Below, piece by piece: positions 47,124 through 56,873 of a DNA stretch of 64,000 nt (positions are counted from its first letter, which is position 1; each line of letters opens with the position of its first letter). This stretch comes from Candidatus Nomurabacteria bacterium (GTDB lineage Bacteria > Patescibacteriota > Minisyncoccia > Phycocordibacterales > UBA9973): NCBI GenBank assembly GCA_026395955.1, contig JAPLXR010000007.1, forward strand, positions 1,957-65,956, in the 5' to 3' direction. The notes beneath the pieces are model-generated. The model was not told where the DNA came from. It did no database searches and saw nothing but the letters and a program-made list of their open reading frames with translations. Position numbers and translations under genes: made by a program.

Positions 47124-48819
47124 ATTCTTCCATAAAGTCTACGACACTTTTTACTTCATCGTAGGAGGTCACACCAGTGAATATTTTTATGATACCGTCT
47201 TGGCGCATTGAGAGTATTCCTTGAGTCGATGCAATTTTTTTAATTTCTCTTTCTGAAGGATTGTTCGGCATTATTTTTTCTATTGCTTCATCTGTTTTAA
47301 TAGCTTCAAAGATTCCCATACGGCCTTTGTAACCAGTCATATTACATTTCTCACAACCGACAGCCTTAAATAATTTAATCGGTGCATTGATATCAACATT
47401 ATATTTCTTCAAATCTTTTCCTTCGGCTACAGCACCTTCCAAAATCATTTTAATTGTTTTAGTTTCTTCTTCTGTTGGAGGTATTTCTTGTTTGCATTCT
47501 TTACAAAGTTTACGCACGAGACGTTGAGCGATAGACAGAGATAGAGCAGATACGAGAATTTTAGGGTTAACTTCGAGGTCGATGAGACGGGGGATAACAC
47601 CTGCAGCATTGTTGGTGTGGAGAGTAGAGAAAACAAGGTGACCAGTAAGGGCAGACTCGACTGCGATTTTTGCAGTTTCAGAATCACGGATTTCTCCCAC
47701 CATCACAACATCAGGGTCTTGGCGGAGAGCAGAACGCAAACCCTCGAGGAACGTATATCCCTTTTTTGCATCTGTTTGTGTTTGTGTAATACCTGCGAGG
47801 TGGTATTCTACTGGGTCTTCGATTGTTATAATTTTTATTTCAGAGGAATAAATCTTACGTAAAAAAGCATATAGGGTTGTAGTCTTACCGGAACCAGTCG
47901 GTCCTGTTACTAGTATCATTCCATTTGGTTTTGCAATTTCATTTTGAATAATATTGAAAAGGAAAGGATCGATACCCATGTCTTCTAGATTTACTTGGAT
48001 AGATTTAGGATCCAAAATACGCATAACAATAGATTCACCATATGCTCCTGGAATCATAGAGTTACGAATACTTATTTCTTCTCCTCCGATCATAATAGAG
48101 AAACGTCCATCCTGTGCTGTTTTGCTAGTAAGCTTCATTCCAGAAAGAAGTTTCAATCTAGAATTTAATAAACGGTAAATATCTAGTCCGAAAAACATGA
48201 CGTCTTGTAAAACACCGTCGAGACGAAAACGAAGTCTCGCACGAGCTTCTTCGGCTTCCATGTGAATATCAGATGCTTTGATAGAAATAGCACCAGCTAA
48301 AATAATTTCCAAGATTCTAGAAATTTTGTGAGTTTGTCCATTGTTTAAAGCTTCAGTTATGAGCTTCTCAACATCTTGCATCATTTTTATTTTTCCTGCA
48401 GTTTCCATTAAAACTTCTCCTGAAATATCGAGTCCTCCAACTTTAGAATTTTCTGCCATAGAGAGTTCAGAATATCTATCCCAAACTTTAGTTAGACTTG
48501 CTGTTGAGGCCATAAAAAAAAGAGTGTTTAGATTTTTGTCTTCCATTTCTTTTTTAAACTTATCCATCAAATCTGGGTCAGGGGAGCGTAAAGCAATAGA
48601 GATATTTTTACCAGAAAGTTTAAAAGGAGCCACGTTTAATTTACGAGAGTCTGCTTCAGATATATAACGTAGAGATTCGTTATCAATAGCTAAACCACCT
48701 AGGTTTATATAAGGTAAGTTGTATTTTGATTCAGCTAGCATTTGGACGAGTTCTTCTTCCTCTTCTTTGTGAATTTCGCCTAATTGCTTGTTTGATTTGT
48801 CTTCATCGAATGTTGTCAT
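47122..48819 (-). CDS. pilB: Type IV pilus assembly / GspE-family ATPase
   Basis: ASDIH.E, RFRLDGVL, QDGRF, TGPTGSGKTTTLY, TIEDPVEY, LRQDPDVVMVGEIRD, TGHLVFSTLHTN, CKEC/CEKC Zn motif. Confidence 0.93.
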   Translation of the reverse strand: MTTFDEDKSNKQLGEIHKEEEEELVQMLAESKYNLPYINLGGLAIDNESLRYISEADSRKLNVAPFKLSGKNISIALRSPDPDLMDKFKKEMEDKNLNTLFFMASTASLTKVWDRYSELSMAENSKVGGLDISGEVLMETAGKIKMMQDVEKLITEALNNGQTHKISRILEIILAGAISIKASDIHMEAEEARARLRFRLDGVLQDVMFFGLDIYRLLNSRLKLLSGMKLTSKTAQDGRFSIMIGGEEISIRNSMIPGAYGESIVMRILDPKSIQVNLEDMGIDPFLFNIIQNEIAKPNGMILVTGPTGSGKTTTLYAFLRKIYSSEIKIITIEDPVEYHLAGITQTQTDAKKGYTFLEGLRSALRQDPDVVMVGEIRDSETAKIAVESALTGHLVFSTLHTNNAAGVIPRLIDLEVNPKILVSALSLSIAQRLVRKLCKECKQEIPPTEEETKTIKMILEGAVAEGKDLKKYNVDINAPIKLFKAVGCEKCNMTGYKGRMGIFEAIKTDEAIEKIMPNNPSEREIKKIASTQGILSMRQDGIIKIFTGVTSYDEVKSVVDFMEE

Positions 48820-48869
48820 ATAGCTACAGTATACAGCATTTAAGGCTTAAAATGAAAGCCTTATTTAGC

Positions 48870-49012
48870 TTGACTTTTGTATAGCAATATGCTATACTTA
48901 ATAGGTAATAAGGTTCTTTGAAAAAAGGTTGTTTTTAGGGATTTTGTGAATTATATAACGACTAAATTTTGGTCTGTGTATAATTCACAAAATAACAAAC
49001 CCTTTAAAACAA
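48870..49012 (+). promoter_or_regulatory. Promoter + boxA-like motif + long leader hairpin
   Basis: TTGACT-17-TATACT; GTTCTTTGAAAA at 48913; 17-bp stem 48941-48957/48977-48993. Confidence 0.65.
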
Positions 49013-49021
49013 TAAATAATA

Positions 49022-50107
49022 ATGAAAAAATTAATTTTAACAACAATCGTTATATTTTTAACAAATGTAACTTTTGCACAGACTTCACCTAAAAGCTTAA
49101 GTCCGGTTCGCCCTCATGGTGATCATTTCCGTACTATTACTGAATTTCGTTATGATTTTCATGATTCAATTAGTCTTAAAAGTTGGCAGATTGTTTTAGT
49201 AAAGAATGCTGAAATAAGAGGCCTTTCAAAAGAATTAATTGAATGGACTAAAAATCTTTCGTGTGCTGAACTTCTGTGGATATTAGATTCTGCAACTATC
49301 ATTAAAGCAACTTCTTTTAAAAAAGAAGACATAATGATGGCAGGAATTGATAAACAAGACAATCGTAAACCATATTTTGGTGGACCAATTAACAGAGACA
49401 GTAAGCCAGGTGAAGGTGCTTTGTGTGAGCAAATGAAAGTTATCTATGGTGATCGTGAAGATTATCCAGGACAGCTCGATGATGCAGAAACTGCATCTAC
49501 GTATTGCGAAAACTATTATTACAAAGTTGCAAAACCAAGTAATACAAGTTTAAACAATCTGATGATGCCTGCACCTATTGCTACAGCTCCAGTTGCGATG
49601 ATGCAACAATCACCAATAACGCAACAACCTCAAGTAATACACGACACTCTTTATGTTGATAACAATCAAAATAATAATGTTGAGCAGAATCGTACAGGTT
49701 CAAAGATCAGATATGGTCGTGGTTACTATCTTCAGGCAGGACACTATGCGGATGGTTATAGTTATCATTACGATAACGATAATTATTACTATAGTAGTAG
49801 ACCAGAAACATATTGTTATGAAGGTCGTCAGTATCGTTCTTGTGGACAGGTTGGTTATCATTATGGTGCCGGTTATCAGTATCGTTCAGGAAGTCAAAAC
49901 CCCGGAGGTCACATTTATTCTGCTGGTCATCGTGGAAATGATGGTCACTCTATGAATGCAGGTAATCACTATCAAGGTGGTTATAGTCATTCTAGTGGTT
50001 ACGGTTACAATAGTGGTGGTCATAATCCTGGTGGTTATGTATCAAATAGCGGTAACCATAACACTGGTGGTAATAATAACGCTGGTGGACATTATGGAAG
50101 ACATTAG
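49022..50107 (+). CDS. Exported hypothetical protein with Gly/His/Tyr/Asn-rich low-complexity C-terminus
   Basis: Signal peptide (TFA|Q); tail of GGH/NPGG/GY repeats. Confidence 0.8.
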   Translation: MKKLILTTIVIFLTNVTFAQTSPKSLSPVRPHGDHFRTITEFRYDFHDSISLKSWQIVLVKNAEIRGLSKELIEWTKNLSCAELLWILDSATIIKATSFKKEDIMMAGIDKQDNRKPYFGGPINRDSKPGEGALCEQMKVIYGDREDYPGQLDDAETASTYCENYYYKVAKPSNTSLNNLMMPAPIATAPVAMMQQSPITQQPQVIHDTLYVDNNQNNNVEQNRTGSKIRYGRGYYLQAGHYADGYSYHYDNDNYYYSSRPETYCYEGRQYRSCGQVGYHYGAGYQYRSGSQNPGGHIYSAGHRGNDGHSMNAGNHYQGGYSHSSGYGYNSGGHNPGGYVSNSGNHNTGGNNNAGGHYGRH

Positions 50108-50111
50108 TATT

Positions 50112-50143
50112 TGCCCTTAGTCTAAAGACTGGGGGCATTTTTT
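50112..50143 (+). terminator. Intrinsic terminator
   Basis: tgcccttagtc-taaa-gactgggggca-tttttt. Confidence 0.75.
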
Positions 50144-50154
50144 TATGCTAAAAT

Positions 50155-50598
50155 ATGAAAGTTATGAAAATAATTTCAAAAAATATAGAAGATACAGAAA
50201 AAATAGCGAAAGATTTTTTAAATAAAATTTTAGCTTTTCCTAAACAAGCAACTCTCGTTGCTTTGTATGGTAATCTCGGTGCAGGGAAGACTACTTTCAC
50301 TCAATCATTAGGAAAACATTTAGGAATAAAAAGAAAGGTAAATAGTCCTACATTTGTAATAATGAAGAAATATTTAATAAAAAATAATAAGCATAAAAAT
50401 TTAATTCATATAGATGCTTATCGTTTAAAAAATGAAAAAGATTTAGAAAATCTAGGTTGGGCAGAAATAATATCTAATCCAGATAATTTAATATTTATTG
50501 AATGGCCAGAAAATGTACCAAAGGCACTTCCAAAAAAACACCATAAAATAAAAATATCTCATACAAAAGAGAGCTATAGAAGTTTTGAAATAAAATAA
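50155..50598 (+). CDS. tsaE: tRNA threonylcarbamoyladenosine biosynthesis ATPase TsaE
   Basis: GNLGAGKTTF, VNSPTF, HIDAYRL, IEWPE. Confidence 0.95.
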   Translation: MKVMKIISKNIEDTEKIAKDFLNKILAFPKQATLVALYGNLGAGKTTFTQSLGKHLGIKRKVNSPTFVIMKKYLIKNNKHKNLIHIDAYRLKNEKDLENLGWAEIISNPDNLIFIEWPENVPKALPKKHHKIKISHTKESYRSFEIK

Positions 50599-50622
50599 GT
50601 ATAAAATGTTATACTGTATTTA

Positions 50623-53055
50623 ATGGTTAAAAATACTGCAAAAACATTGGTATTGCTGGACTCTCATGCGATTATTCATCGCGCGTATCATGCATTGCCG
50701 GACTTCGTATCTAGCACTGGTGAGCCGACAGGGGCGCTCTACGGTATGGCAAATATGATTATGAAAATAATTTCTGATTTGAAGCCAGACTATATCGTAG
50801 CTTGTTATGATCTTCCACAGAAAACTTTTCGTCACGAAGCTTATGATAATTATAAAGCTGGCCGTGCGAAGGCCGATGATGCTTTAATTTCTCAATTAAA
50901 ATCTTCTCGTAAAATTTTTGAAGCATTTAATATTCCTATTTATGATGCGCCAGGTTTTGAAGCTGATGATGTGCTCGGAACGATCACAGAAATTTTTAAA
51001 AAAGATAAAAATATAAATATCATAATTGCATCAGGGGATATGGATACGATGCAACTCGTCGATGGTAAAAAAGTTCAAGTTTATACTTTGAAAAAAGGAA
51101 TTACAGATACTATTTTATATGATGAACAGGCCGTACTCGATAGGTTCCACTTCAAGCCATTATTACTTCCAGACTATAAAGGTCTTCGTGGAGATACTTC
51201 TGACAATATTATAGGCATCAAAGGCATCGGAGAAAAGACTGCAACTGATTTGATAATGAATTTTAGTACAATAGAAAATTTATATAAAGTATTAAAAAAG
51301 AATCCAGAAGAATTGGAAAAAGTAGGTATTAAAGCTCGCATGATACAACTCCTCAAAGACAATGAAGAAGAAGCAATTTTTTCTAAAACATTGGCGACAA
51401 TTCGTCGTGATGCACCAATAGATTTCAAACTCCCAGAAAAAACTTTTTGGGAAAGTGCCGATTTGTCTCAAATTGAAAGGGTTTTTGCTGATTTTGAATT
51501 TAGAAGTTTATTTGGAAGATTAAAAAGTTTTTTTAATAAAGGTAGTAATCAGTCAGAGAGTTCACAAATTTTTCTGGCGGACAAAACGCAGCCAGTGCCC
51601 GCAGGCGAAAAATCTGTGAGCTCTCTGACTCAAAGTACTCAAGTGGTAAATCCAGAAGAGCTTCAAGAAACAAGTGTTGCTTTGTGGTTGATAAATTCTG
51701 AGATGACGAATCCGACATTACAAGATATTTTGTTGTATACAAAAACAAAAGATTTTAAAGTCGCCCGTGATTTTATTTTTGAAAAGTTAAAAAAGGAAAA
51801 CCTGACATTAGTATATGAAGAAATTGAAAAACCAATTATTCCTATAGTAAAAGCCATGCAAGACGTCGGTATTTTAATCGATCAAGAATATTTTAAAAAT
51901 TTATCTACTGAATATCACACAGAACTCGATAAATTAACTAAAAAAATATATGAGGTAGCAGGTCAGGAATTTAATATTAATTCTCCAAAACAGCTAGCCG
52001 AAATACTTTTTGAAAAAATGGGAATAAAATCTCCAAAGAAAAAATCCGCGAGCGGTTCATATTCTACAAATATTTCTGTGTTGGAAGAGTTAGAAGAAGA
52101 AAATCCAATTATTTCAGAGATTATGAAATATCGTGAATTACAAAAATTACTTTCTACATACATAGATGTAATTCCGCAAATGGTAGGCGAAGATAAAAGA
52201 CTTCATGCAAAATTTGTGCAAAATGGCACAACGACTGGAAGATTCTCTTCACAAGATCCGAATTTACAAAACTTACCTATCAAGAGTGATTTAGGTCAGA
52301 GGATTCGTCGAGGTTTTACAGCAGAAAAAGGATATAAGCTTGTAGCTTTTGACTATAGTCAGATAGAGCTTCGTGTCACAGCCATGCTTTCAAATGATCA
52401 AAAAATGATAGAAATTTTTAAAGAAGGAAAAGATATTCATTCTGGTGTAGCGTCTTTTGTCTTTGGTGTACCGATTGAAAATGTCGATCGAGAAATGCGC
52501 AGAAAAGCGAAAGTTATAAATTTTGGGATTATTTATGGTATGGGAGTTTCAGCTCTCCGTAAAAATCTCGGTGGCACTCGCGAAGAAGCACAAAAATTCT
52601 ATGATAATTATTTTAGACAATTTTCTAGAATCCAAGAATATATGGAAGAAGTAAAAACTTTTGCCAAAGCTCATGGATATACAGAAACACTTTTTGGTCG
52701 ACGCAGAATGTTTCCTATGATAAACTCTCGCATTCCATTTATAAAGTCTATGGCAGAGCGTACAGCGACAAATGCTCCGATACAGGGGACTGCAACAGCT
52801 GATCTTATCAAACTCGCAATTCGTTATGCTAATGAAGATTTAGAAAAGGCAGGGATATTAGATAAATCACGAATGGTCTTACAAATTCATGATGAATTGG
52901 TTTATGAAGTGAAGGAAGATGCTTTAGAACAAGCTCAAAAAATAATACTTTCCGCTATGCAGGGAGTACTGGAGAGATCATTTTTACATTATAAAACTGA
53001 TATTCCACTAGAGGTCCACTTTGGTGTAGGGGATAATTTTGGAGAAGTAAAGTAA
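50623..53055 (+). CDS. polA: DNA polymerase I (compact, with in-frame palindromic insertion)
   Basis: 5'-3' exo (RAYHALP, GFEADD, GDTSDNIIGIKGIGEKTA); pol motifs TGRFSSQDPNLQN, DYSQIELR, AKVINFGIIYG, QIHDEL. Confidence 0.97.
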   Translation: MVKNTAKTLVLLDSHAIIHRAYHALPDFVSSTGEPTGALYGMANMIMKIISDLKPDYIVACYDLPQKTFRHEAYDNYKAGRAKADDALISQLKSSRKIFEAFNIPIYDAPGFEADDVLGTITEIFKKDKNINIIIASGDMDTMQLVDGKKVQVYTLKKGITDTILYDEQAVLDRFHFKPLLLPDYKGLRGDTSDNIIGIKGIGEKTATDLIMNFSTIENLYKVLKKNPEELEKVGIKARMIQLLKDNEEEAIFSKTLATIRRDAPIDFKLPEKTFWESADLSQIERVFADFEFRSLFGRLKSFFNKGSNQSESSQIFLADKTQPVPAGEKSVSSLTQSTQVVNPEELQETSVALWLINSEMTNPTLQDILLYTKTKDFKVARDFIFEKLKKENLTLVYEEIEKPIIPIVKAMQDVGILIDQEYFKNLSTEYHTELDKLTKKIYEVAGQEFNINSPKQLAEILFEKMGIKSPKKKSASGSYSTNISVLEELEEENPIISEIMKYRELQKLLSTYIDVIPQMVGEDKRLHAKFVQNGTTTGRFSSQDPNLQNLPIKSDLGQRIRRGFTAEKGYKLVAFDYSQIELRVTAMLSNDQKMIEIFKEGKDIHSGVASFVFGVPIENVDREMRRKAKVINFGIIYGMGVSALRKNLGGTREEAQKFYDNYFRQFSRIQEYMEEVKTFAKAHGYTETLFGRRRMFPMINSRIPFIKSMAERTATNAPIQGTATADLIKLAIRYANEDLEKAGILDKSRMVLQIHDELVYEVKEDALEQAQKIILSAMQGVLERSFLHYKTDIPLEVHFGVGDNFGEVK
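51551..51630 (+). repeat. Palindromic element inserted in frame in the polA linker
   Basis: agtcagagagttcacaaatttttc / gaaaaatctgtgagctctctgact 24-position stem around a GC-rich core. Confidence 0.75.
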
Positions 53056-53088
53056 TATAATTTTATTATTTTGTGCTATAGTTTTAGT

Positions 53089-53610
53089 ATGAATTCAGAC
53101 AAAACAATTAAAGAGAAAATCAAAGAAAAAATGAGCCAATTAGGTGTAAAATCTGTTTATATGACAAGTGTGCATAATATTTTGGCGCATTCATATTCTT
53201 TCTATTTTATGTCTTTTTTATTGGCTATTATTTTAGATTCTTTTTTTTATGTAAGTTATTTCAATATTAGCTCTATACAATATACTGGTATTTTTCTAAC
53301 AGTTATTGCTTCAATTTTAATTTTTTGGGCACAGAAAACTTCTAGCGATCTAAGGAAGACAAGTCCTACTGATATTCATCATGAAAATTTTTTAAAAGGC
53401 CCATATAGATTTTCTCGAAGACCAACACATTTGGGCCTTTTCCTTTTAATGCTTGGTTTCGGTATAACTAGTAATTCTTTTTGGGTAATTTTAATGTCTC
53501 TTGTATCTGTTATTTTTACTAAATATGTTTTTTTGAACGAAGAAGAAAATTTCTTACAACATAAATACGGAGAACATTATTCAAAATACAAAGATATTGT
53601 AAAGCTATAA
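53089..53610 (+). CDS. ICMT/PEMT-like membrane methyltransferase family protein
   Basis: TM helices; KGPYRFSRRPTHLG, EEENFLQHKYGEHYSKYK. Confidence 0.8.
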   Translation: MNSDKTIKEKIKEKMSQLGVKSVYMTSVHNILAHSYSFYFMSFLLAIILDSFFYVSYFNISSIQYTGIFLTVIASILIFWAQKTSSDLRKTSPTDIHHENFLKGPYRFSRRPTHLGLFLLMLGFGITSNSFWVILMSLVSVIFTKYVFLNEEENFLQHKYGEHYSKYKDIVKL

Positions 53611-53612
53611 AT

Positions 53613-54260
53613 ATGATTTATCTTTTTACTGGTGATGACACAAAGAAAAAGCGTATTGCTTATGATAAATTTTCAAATACTTTTCCTAAAGAAGTAGAAA
53701 AATTTTTCATCATAAAAAATGATTTTGACCCTTTGCAGTTAGAAAGTTTTCTATCTTCTCAAGGTTTGTTTTTTACTAAATGTGCCGTATTTTTTGAAAA
53801 TGCTTTTGAAAGGGAAGAAATGAAAGATTATATTCTCAGTAAATTAGACCAAATGAGTGAAGCCGGAAATGACTTTATATTTATGACTTCTAAATTAAAC
53901 AAGCCAGTTCTCGATGCTTTTAAAAAAGCTCGCGCCGAAATCAATGTTTATGAATTGCCAAAGATGGCAAAAGAAAAATATGATAATTTTATTCTTGCTA
54001 ATGATTTCGGCGCGAAAGATAAACTAAATCTTTGGCTCCACTATCGCCAAGCAGTAGACCTGGGTGTCAGTCTCGAAGAATTAGTCGGTATTTTATTTTG
54101 GAAAGCGAAAGATACGCTCGTTAAAAAAAGTTATGGAAAGTTTTCTGAAACAGAACTTAAAAATTTCACTTCACAAATTTCTTATCTTCTACCCAAAGCC
54201 CGTGGAGAGGGAATAGATGCAGAAATAGCATTAGAAGAGTTTTTGCTTGAATTTTTATAG
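53613..54260 (+). CDS. holA: DNA polymerase III delta subunit-like protein
   Basis: MIYLFTGDD...SQGLF...ILFWK...ALEEFLL pattern of divergent CPR HolA. Confidence 0.65.
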   Translation: MIYLFTGDDTKKKRIAYDKFSNTFPKEVEKFFIIKNDFDPLQLESFLSSQGLFFTKCAVFFENAFEREEMKDYILSKLDQMSEAGNDFIFMTSKLNKPVLDAFKKARAEINVYELPKMAKEKYDNFILANDFGAKDKLNLWLHYRQAVDLGVSLEELVGILFWKAKDTLVKKSYGKFSETELKNFTSQISYLLPKARGEGIDAEIALEEFLLEFL

Positions 54261-54280
54261 AAATCTGTTATTATCTATTT

Positions 54281-54301
54281 TATATGCGCTCGTAGATCAG
54301 T
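54281..54301 (+). repeat. Duplicate of the tRNA-Lys 5' end
   Basis: tatatgcgctcgtagatcagt versus tatatgcgctcgtagctcagt at 54353. Confidence 0.7.
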
Positions 54302-54357
54302 TGTAGCGGTTCCAACTGATTACGTATAAATTACAAAATAAACCGTTATAAATATAT

Positions 54358-54430
54358 GCGCTCGTAGCTCAGTCGGTAGAGCAGCTCCCTTTTAAGGAGA
54401 CGGTCGAAGGTTCGATTCCTTCCGAGCGCA
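54358..54430 (+). tRNA. tRNA-Lys(UUU), CCA not encoded
   Basis: Acceptor gcgctcg/cgagcgc, D-arm gctc/gagc, anticodon loop cTTTTaa, T-loop ggttcgattcc. Confidence 0.93.
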
Positions 54431-54434
54431 CAAA

Positions 54435-54905
54435 ATGTTAGAAAATATTCTAATCCTTCACAATATTAGAAGCACCGAGAACGTCGGGGCGATGTTTCGT
54501 ACTTCTGATGCTTTAGGAATAAATAAAATTTATCTTACTGGTTATACTCCAGCACCGCTAGATAGATTCGGTAGAAAGAGAAGTGATATAGCAAAGTCTG
54601 CACTTGGAGCAGAAGAATTTATACCTTGGGAACAGAAAAAACTAGTTTGCCCTGTCATAGCTAAATTAAAAAGAGACGGTTTTAAAATTATTGCTATTGA
54701 ACAAGATAAAAAATCTATTGATTATAAAAAAGTAAAAATAGGGAAGAAGAATGTTTTCCTGGTAGGAAATGAGGTTTTAGGGATAGATAAAAAGACATTA
54801 GAGAAATGTGATGTCATAGCCGAGATACCGATGAAAGGTAAAAAGGAGTCACTGAATGTTTCAGTTTCTTTTGGTGTAGCAATGTTTCGAATTCTAAATA
54901 TTTAA
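54435..54905 (+). CDS. TrmH/SpoU family RNA methyltransferase
   Basis: LHNIRSTENVGAMFRT, GNEVLG, IPMKGKKESLNVSV. Confidence 0.93.
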   Translation: MLENILILHNIRSTENVGAMFRTSDALGINKIYLTGYTPAPLDRFGRKRSDIAKSALGAEEFIPWEQKKLVCPVIAKLKRDGFKIIAIEQDKKSIDYKKVKIGKKNVFLVGNEVLGIDKKTLEKCDVIAEIPMKGKKESLNVSVSFGVAMFRILNI

Positions 54906-55057
54906 TTAGCTGGTCCGTACTTGTCACCAGTAGAAAGTGGTGCAGGTGGATTGATAAATGGTTTGGTGCTGTCTTTGTTTGGTCCAATCATAAAATACCA
55001 CAAGAACCATAGTCCTACTATTAATAAAAGAAGTTGTTTTAAGTGATCCATTGCCAT
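54902..55057 (-). CDS. Small membrane protein (51 aa, not in ORF track)
   Basis: MAMDHLKQLLLLIVGLWFLWYFMIGPNKDSTKPFINPPAPLSTGDKYGPAN; co-oriented just downstream of mutM. Confidence 0.7.
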   Translation of the reverse strand: MAMDHLKQLLLLIVGLWFLWYFMIGPNKDSTKPFINPPAPLSTGDKYGPAN

Positions 55058-55067
55058 AAAGGTTTTT

Positions 55068-55994
55068 TTAAATTAATTTTAATTGATGTATTGGGCAGAA
55101 ATGTGCACTTCTACCATTTACGACTTTTCTAATTATAACACCACTACAACCACTTTTTCTACACTTTTCTCCAGCACGTCTGTAAACTTCATGATGAAGT
55201 TGAAATTTACCAGGAAGACCATATATATTACGGTAATCAGACATTGAATCTCCTCCAAAATTGATACCTTTTTTAAGTAAATTTTGCATTGCTGTAAAAA
55301 TCTCTTTTATTTTATTGTCTGGAATTTTACTGGCTAAACTTTCTGGCTGTATTCCAACTTTCCATAAAATTTCATCAGAATAAATATTTCCTATACCTGC
55401 GATAATACTTTGATCCATTAAGACTGTTTTTATTTTACCTTTTGGTTTTAGAGATAATCTCTCTTTTAATATTTTCCAATTTATATTTTTATCTAATGGA
55501 TCCGGACCAATATCTTTTAAATGTTTAGTATCACGGGCTGTATCAGTATCAAGTAATGTAATTTTACCGAATTTTCTAGTATCACAAAAAACTAAATGTT
55601 TTTTATTAGATAAAGTAAAAACCACATGCACGAATCTGTTATATGGATCATTCAAAGGATTATTTTTTTCTTTATTTATTGGATACCATTTATTTTCTTT
55701 TTTATTATATTCATATTCACCAACCATTAAATGTCCAGTCATTTTCATGTGAATAAGGATTGTTTTATTTCCAGATAAATTTATTAAAATATTTTTTGCA
55801 TGTCTTTCTGCTGATAAAACTTTTTTACCTATTATTTCTTTTTTGAAGAATATAAAATACTTTGGATTTTTCACCGCATCATTTTGTCGTTTGTCTTTAC
55901 TGTTTAGATCTGTCCAAACGTCTTTTATTGTGAGGCCTATAATTTCTTTCTGTATCCCTCTGGTTGTTGTTTCTACTTCTGGTAACTCAGGCAT
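55068..55994 (-). CDS. mutM: Formamidopyrimidine-DNA glycosylase
   Basis: MPELPEVE, HMKMTG, DTRKFG, GIGNIYSDE, C-terminal zinc finger. Confidence 0.96.
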   Translation of the reverse strand: MPELPEVETTTRGIQKEIIGLTIKDVWTDLNSKDKRQNDAVKNPKYFIFFKKEIIGKKVLSAERHAKNILINLSGNKTILIHMKMTGHLMVGEYEYNKKENKWYPINKEKNNPLNDPYNRFVHVVFTLSNKKHLVFCDTRKFGKITLLDTDTARDTKHLKDIGPDPLDKNINWKILKERLSLKPKGKIKTVLMDQSIIAGIGNIYSDEILWKVGIQPESLASKIPDNKIKEIFTAMQNLLKKGINFGGDSMSDYRNIYGLPGKFQLHHEVYRRAGEKCRKSGCSGVIIRKVVNGRSAHFCPIHQLKLI

Positions 55995-56018
55995 GGTATG
56001 ATTATACTATATTTATTT

Positions 56019-56873
56019 ATGATAAAGAGTTTAAAGATATTTTTAATAGTTTTTTGTGTTTTTTTGATTAACATTGCACCACTTTCTGCTATCGCTAATA
56101 CTGGTGCTAATAAACCTGTTCGGATTTTAATCGTTCCTGGCCATGATGATGAGGTTTGGGGGACACAGTATAAAAATTTAAAAGAAGCTGATATGAATTT
56201 AGTCCTAGCTTCACAGATTTATAATATTCTAAATAAAGACAAGAGATATCAAGTATATATAACTAGAAATAGTTCTGGATATACAAAAGATTTTGCTGAT
56301 TATTTTGCAAACCATATGGATGAAATAAAATCTTTTAAAGACAATGCAAAACAAAAAATAGCTGACAAGATTTCAGCTGGAAGTTTCGTTAGCGTTGATG
56401 GGACTCCACACCAAACAGTATCAGAAAATGTTGCTCTAAAATTGTATGGAATAAATAAATGGGCAAATGAAAATAATATAGATGCAATGATCCATGTTCA
56501 TTTTGATGATTATCCTAGACCTACTAATTCTACAATAGGGAAATACAAAGGTTTTACTGTTTATATGCCAGAAGCACAATTGGCTAATTCACAAAATAGT
56601 TCATTGTTGGCTGGAAATATATTTGCACAATTAGAAAAAGTTTATCAAACGAGTACTTATCCCGAAGAAAAAGGAGGTTTGATTCCAGACCAAAAGCTTA
56701 TTGCTTTGGGTTCATATGGAACATTGTTACCTAGTACTAGGAGTGTGTTGATAGAATATGGTTATATTTATCAAAAGATTTTTAGGAATAGTGTTACTCG
56801 TCACCAAGCATATAGAACAATGGCTGACCTGACAACCAAGGGGATAAATAACTTTTTCTTTCCTAAAAAATAA
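56019..56873 (+). CDS. N-acetylmuramoyl-L-alanine amidase (Amidase_3)
   Basis: Signal peptide; ILIVPGH...KEAD, VYITR, IHVHFD, VLIEYGY; start uncertain (55998 or 56019). Confidence 0.85.
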   Translation: MIKSLKIFLIVFCVFLINIAPLSAIANTGANKPVRILIVPGHDDEVWGTQYKNLKEADMNLVLASQIYNILNKDKRYQVYITRNSSGYTKDFADYFANHMDEIKSFKDNAKQKIADKISAGSFVSVDGTPHQTVSENVALKLYGINKWANENNIDAMIHVHFDDYPRPTNSTIGKYKGFTVYMPEAQLANSQNSSLLAGNIFAQLEKVYQTSTYPEEKGGLIPDQKLIALGSYGTLLPSTRSVLIEYGYIYQKIFRNSVTRHQAYRTMADLTTKGINNFFFPKK

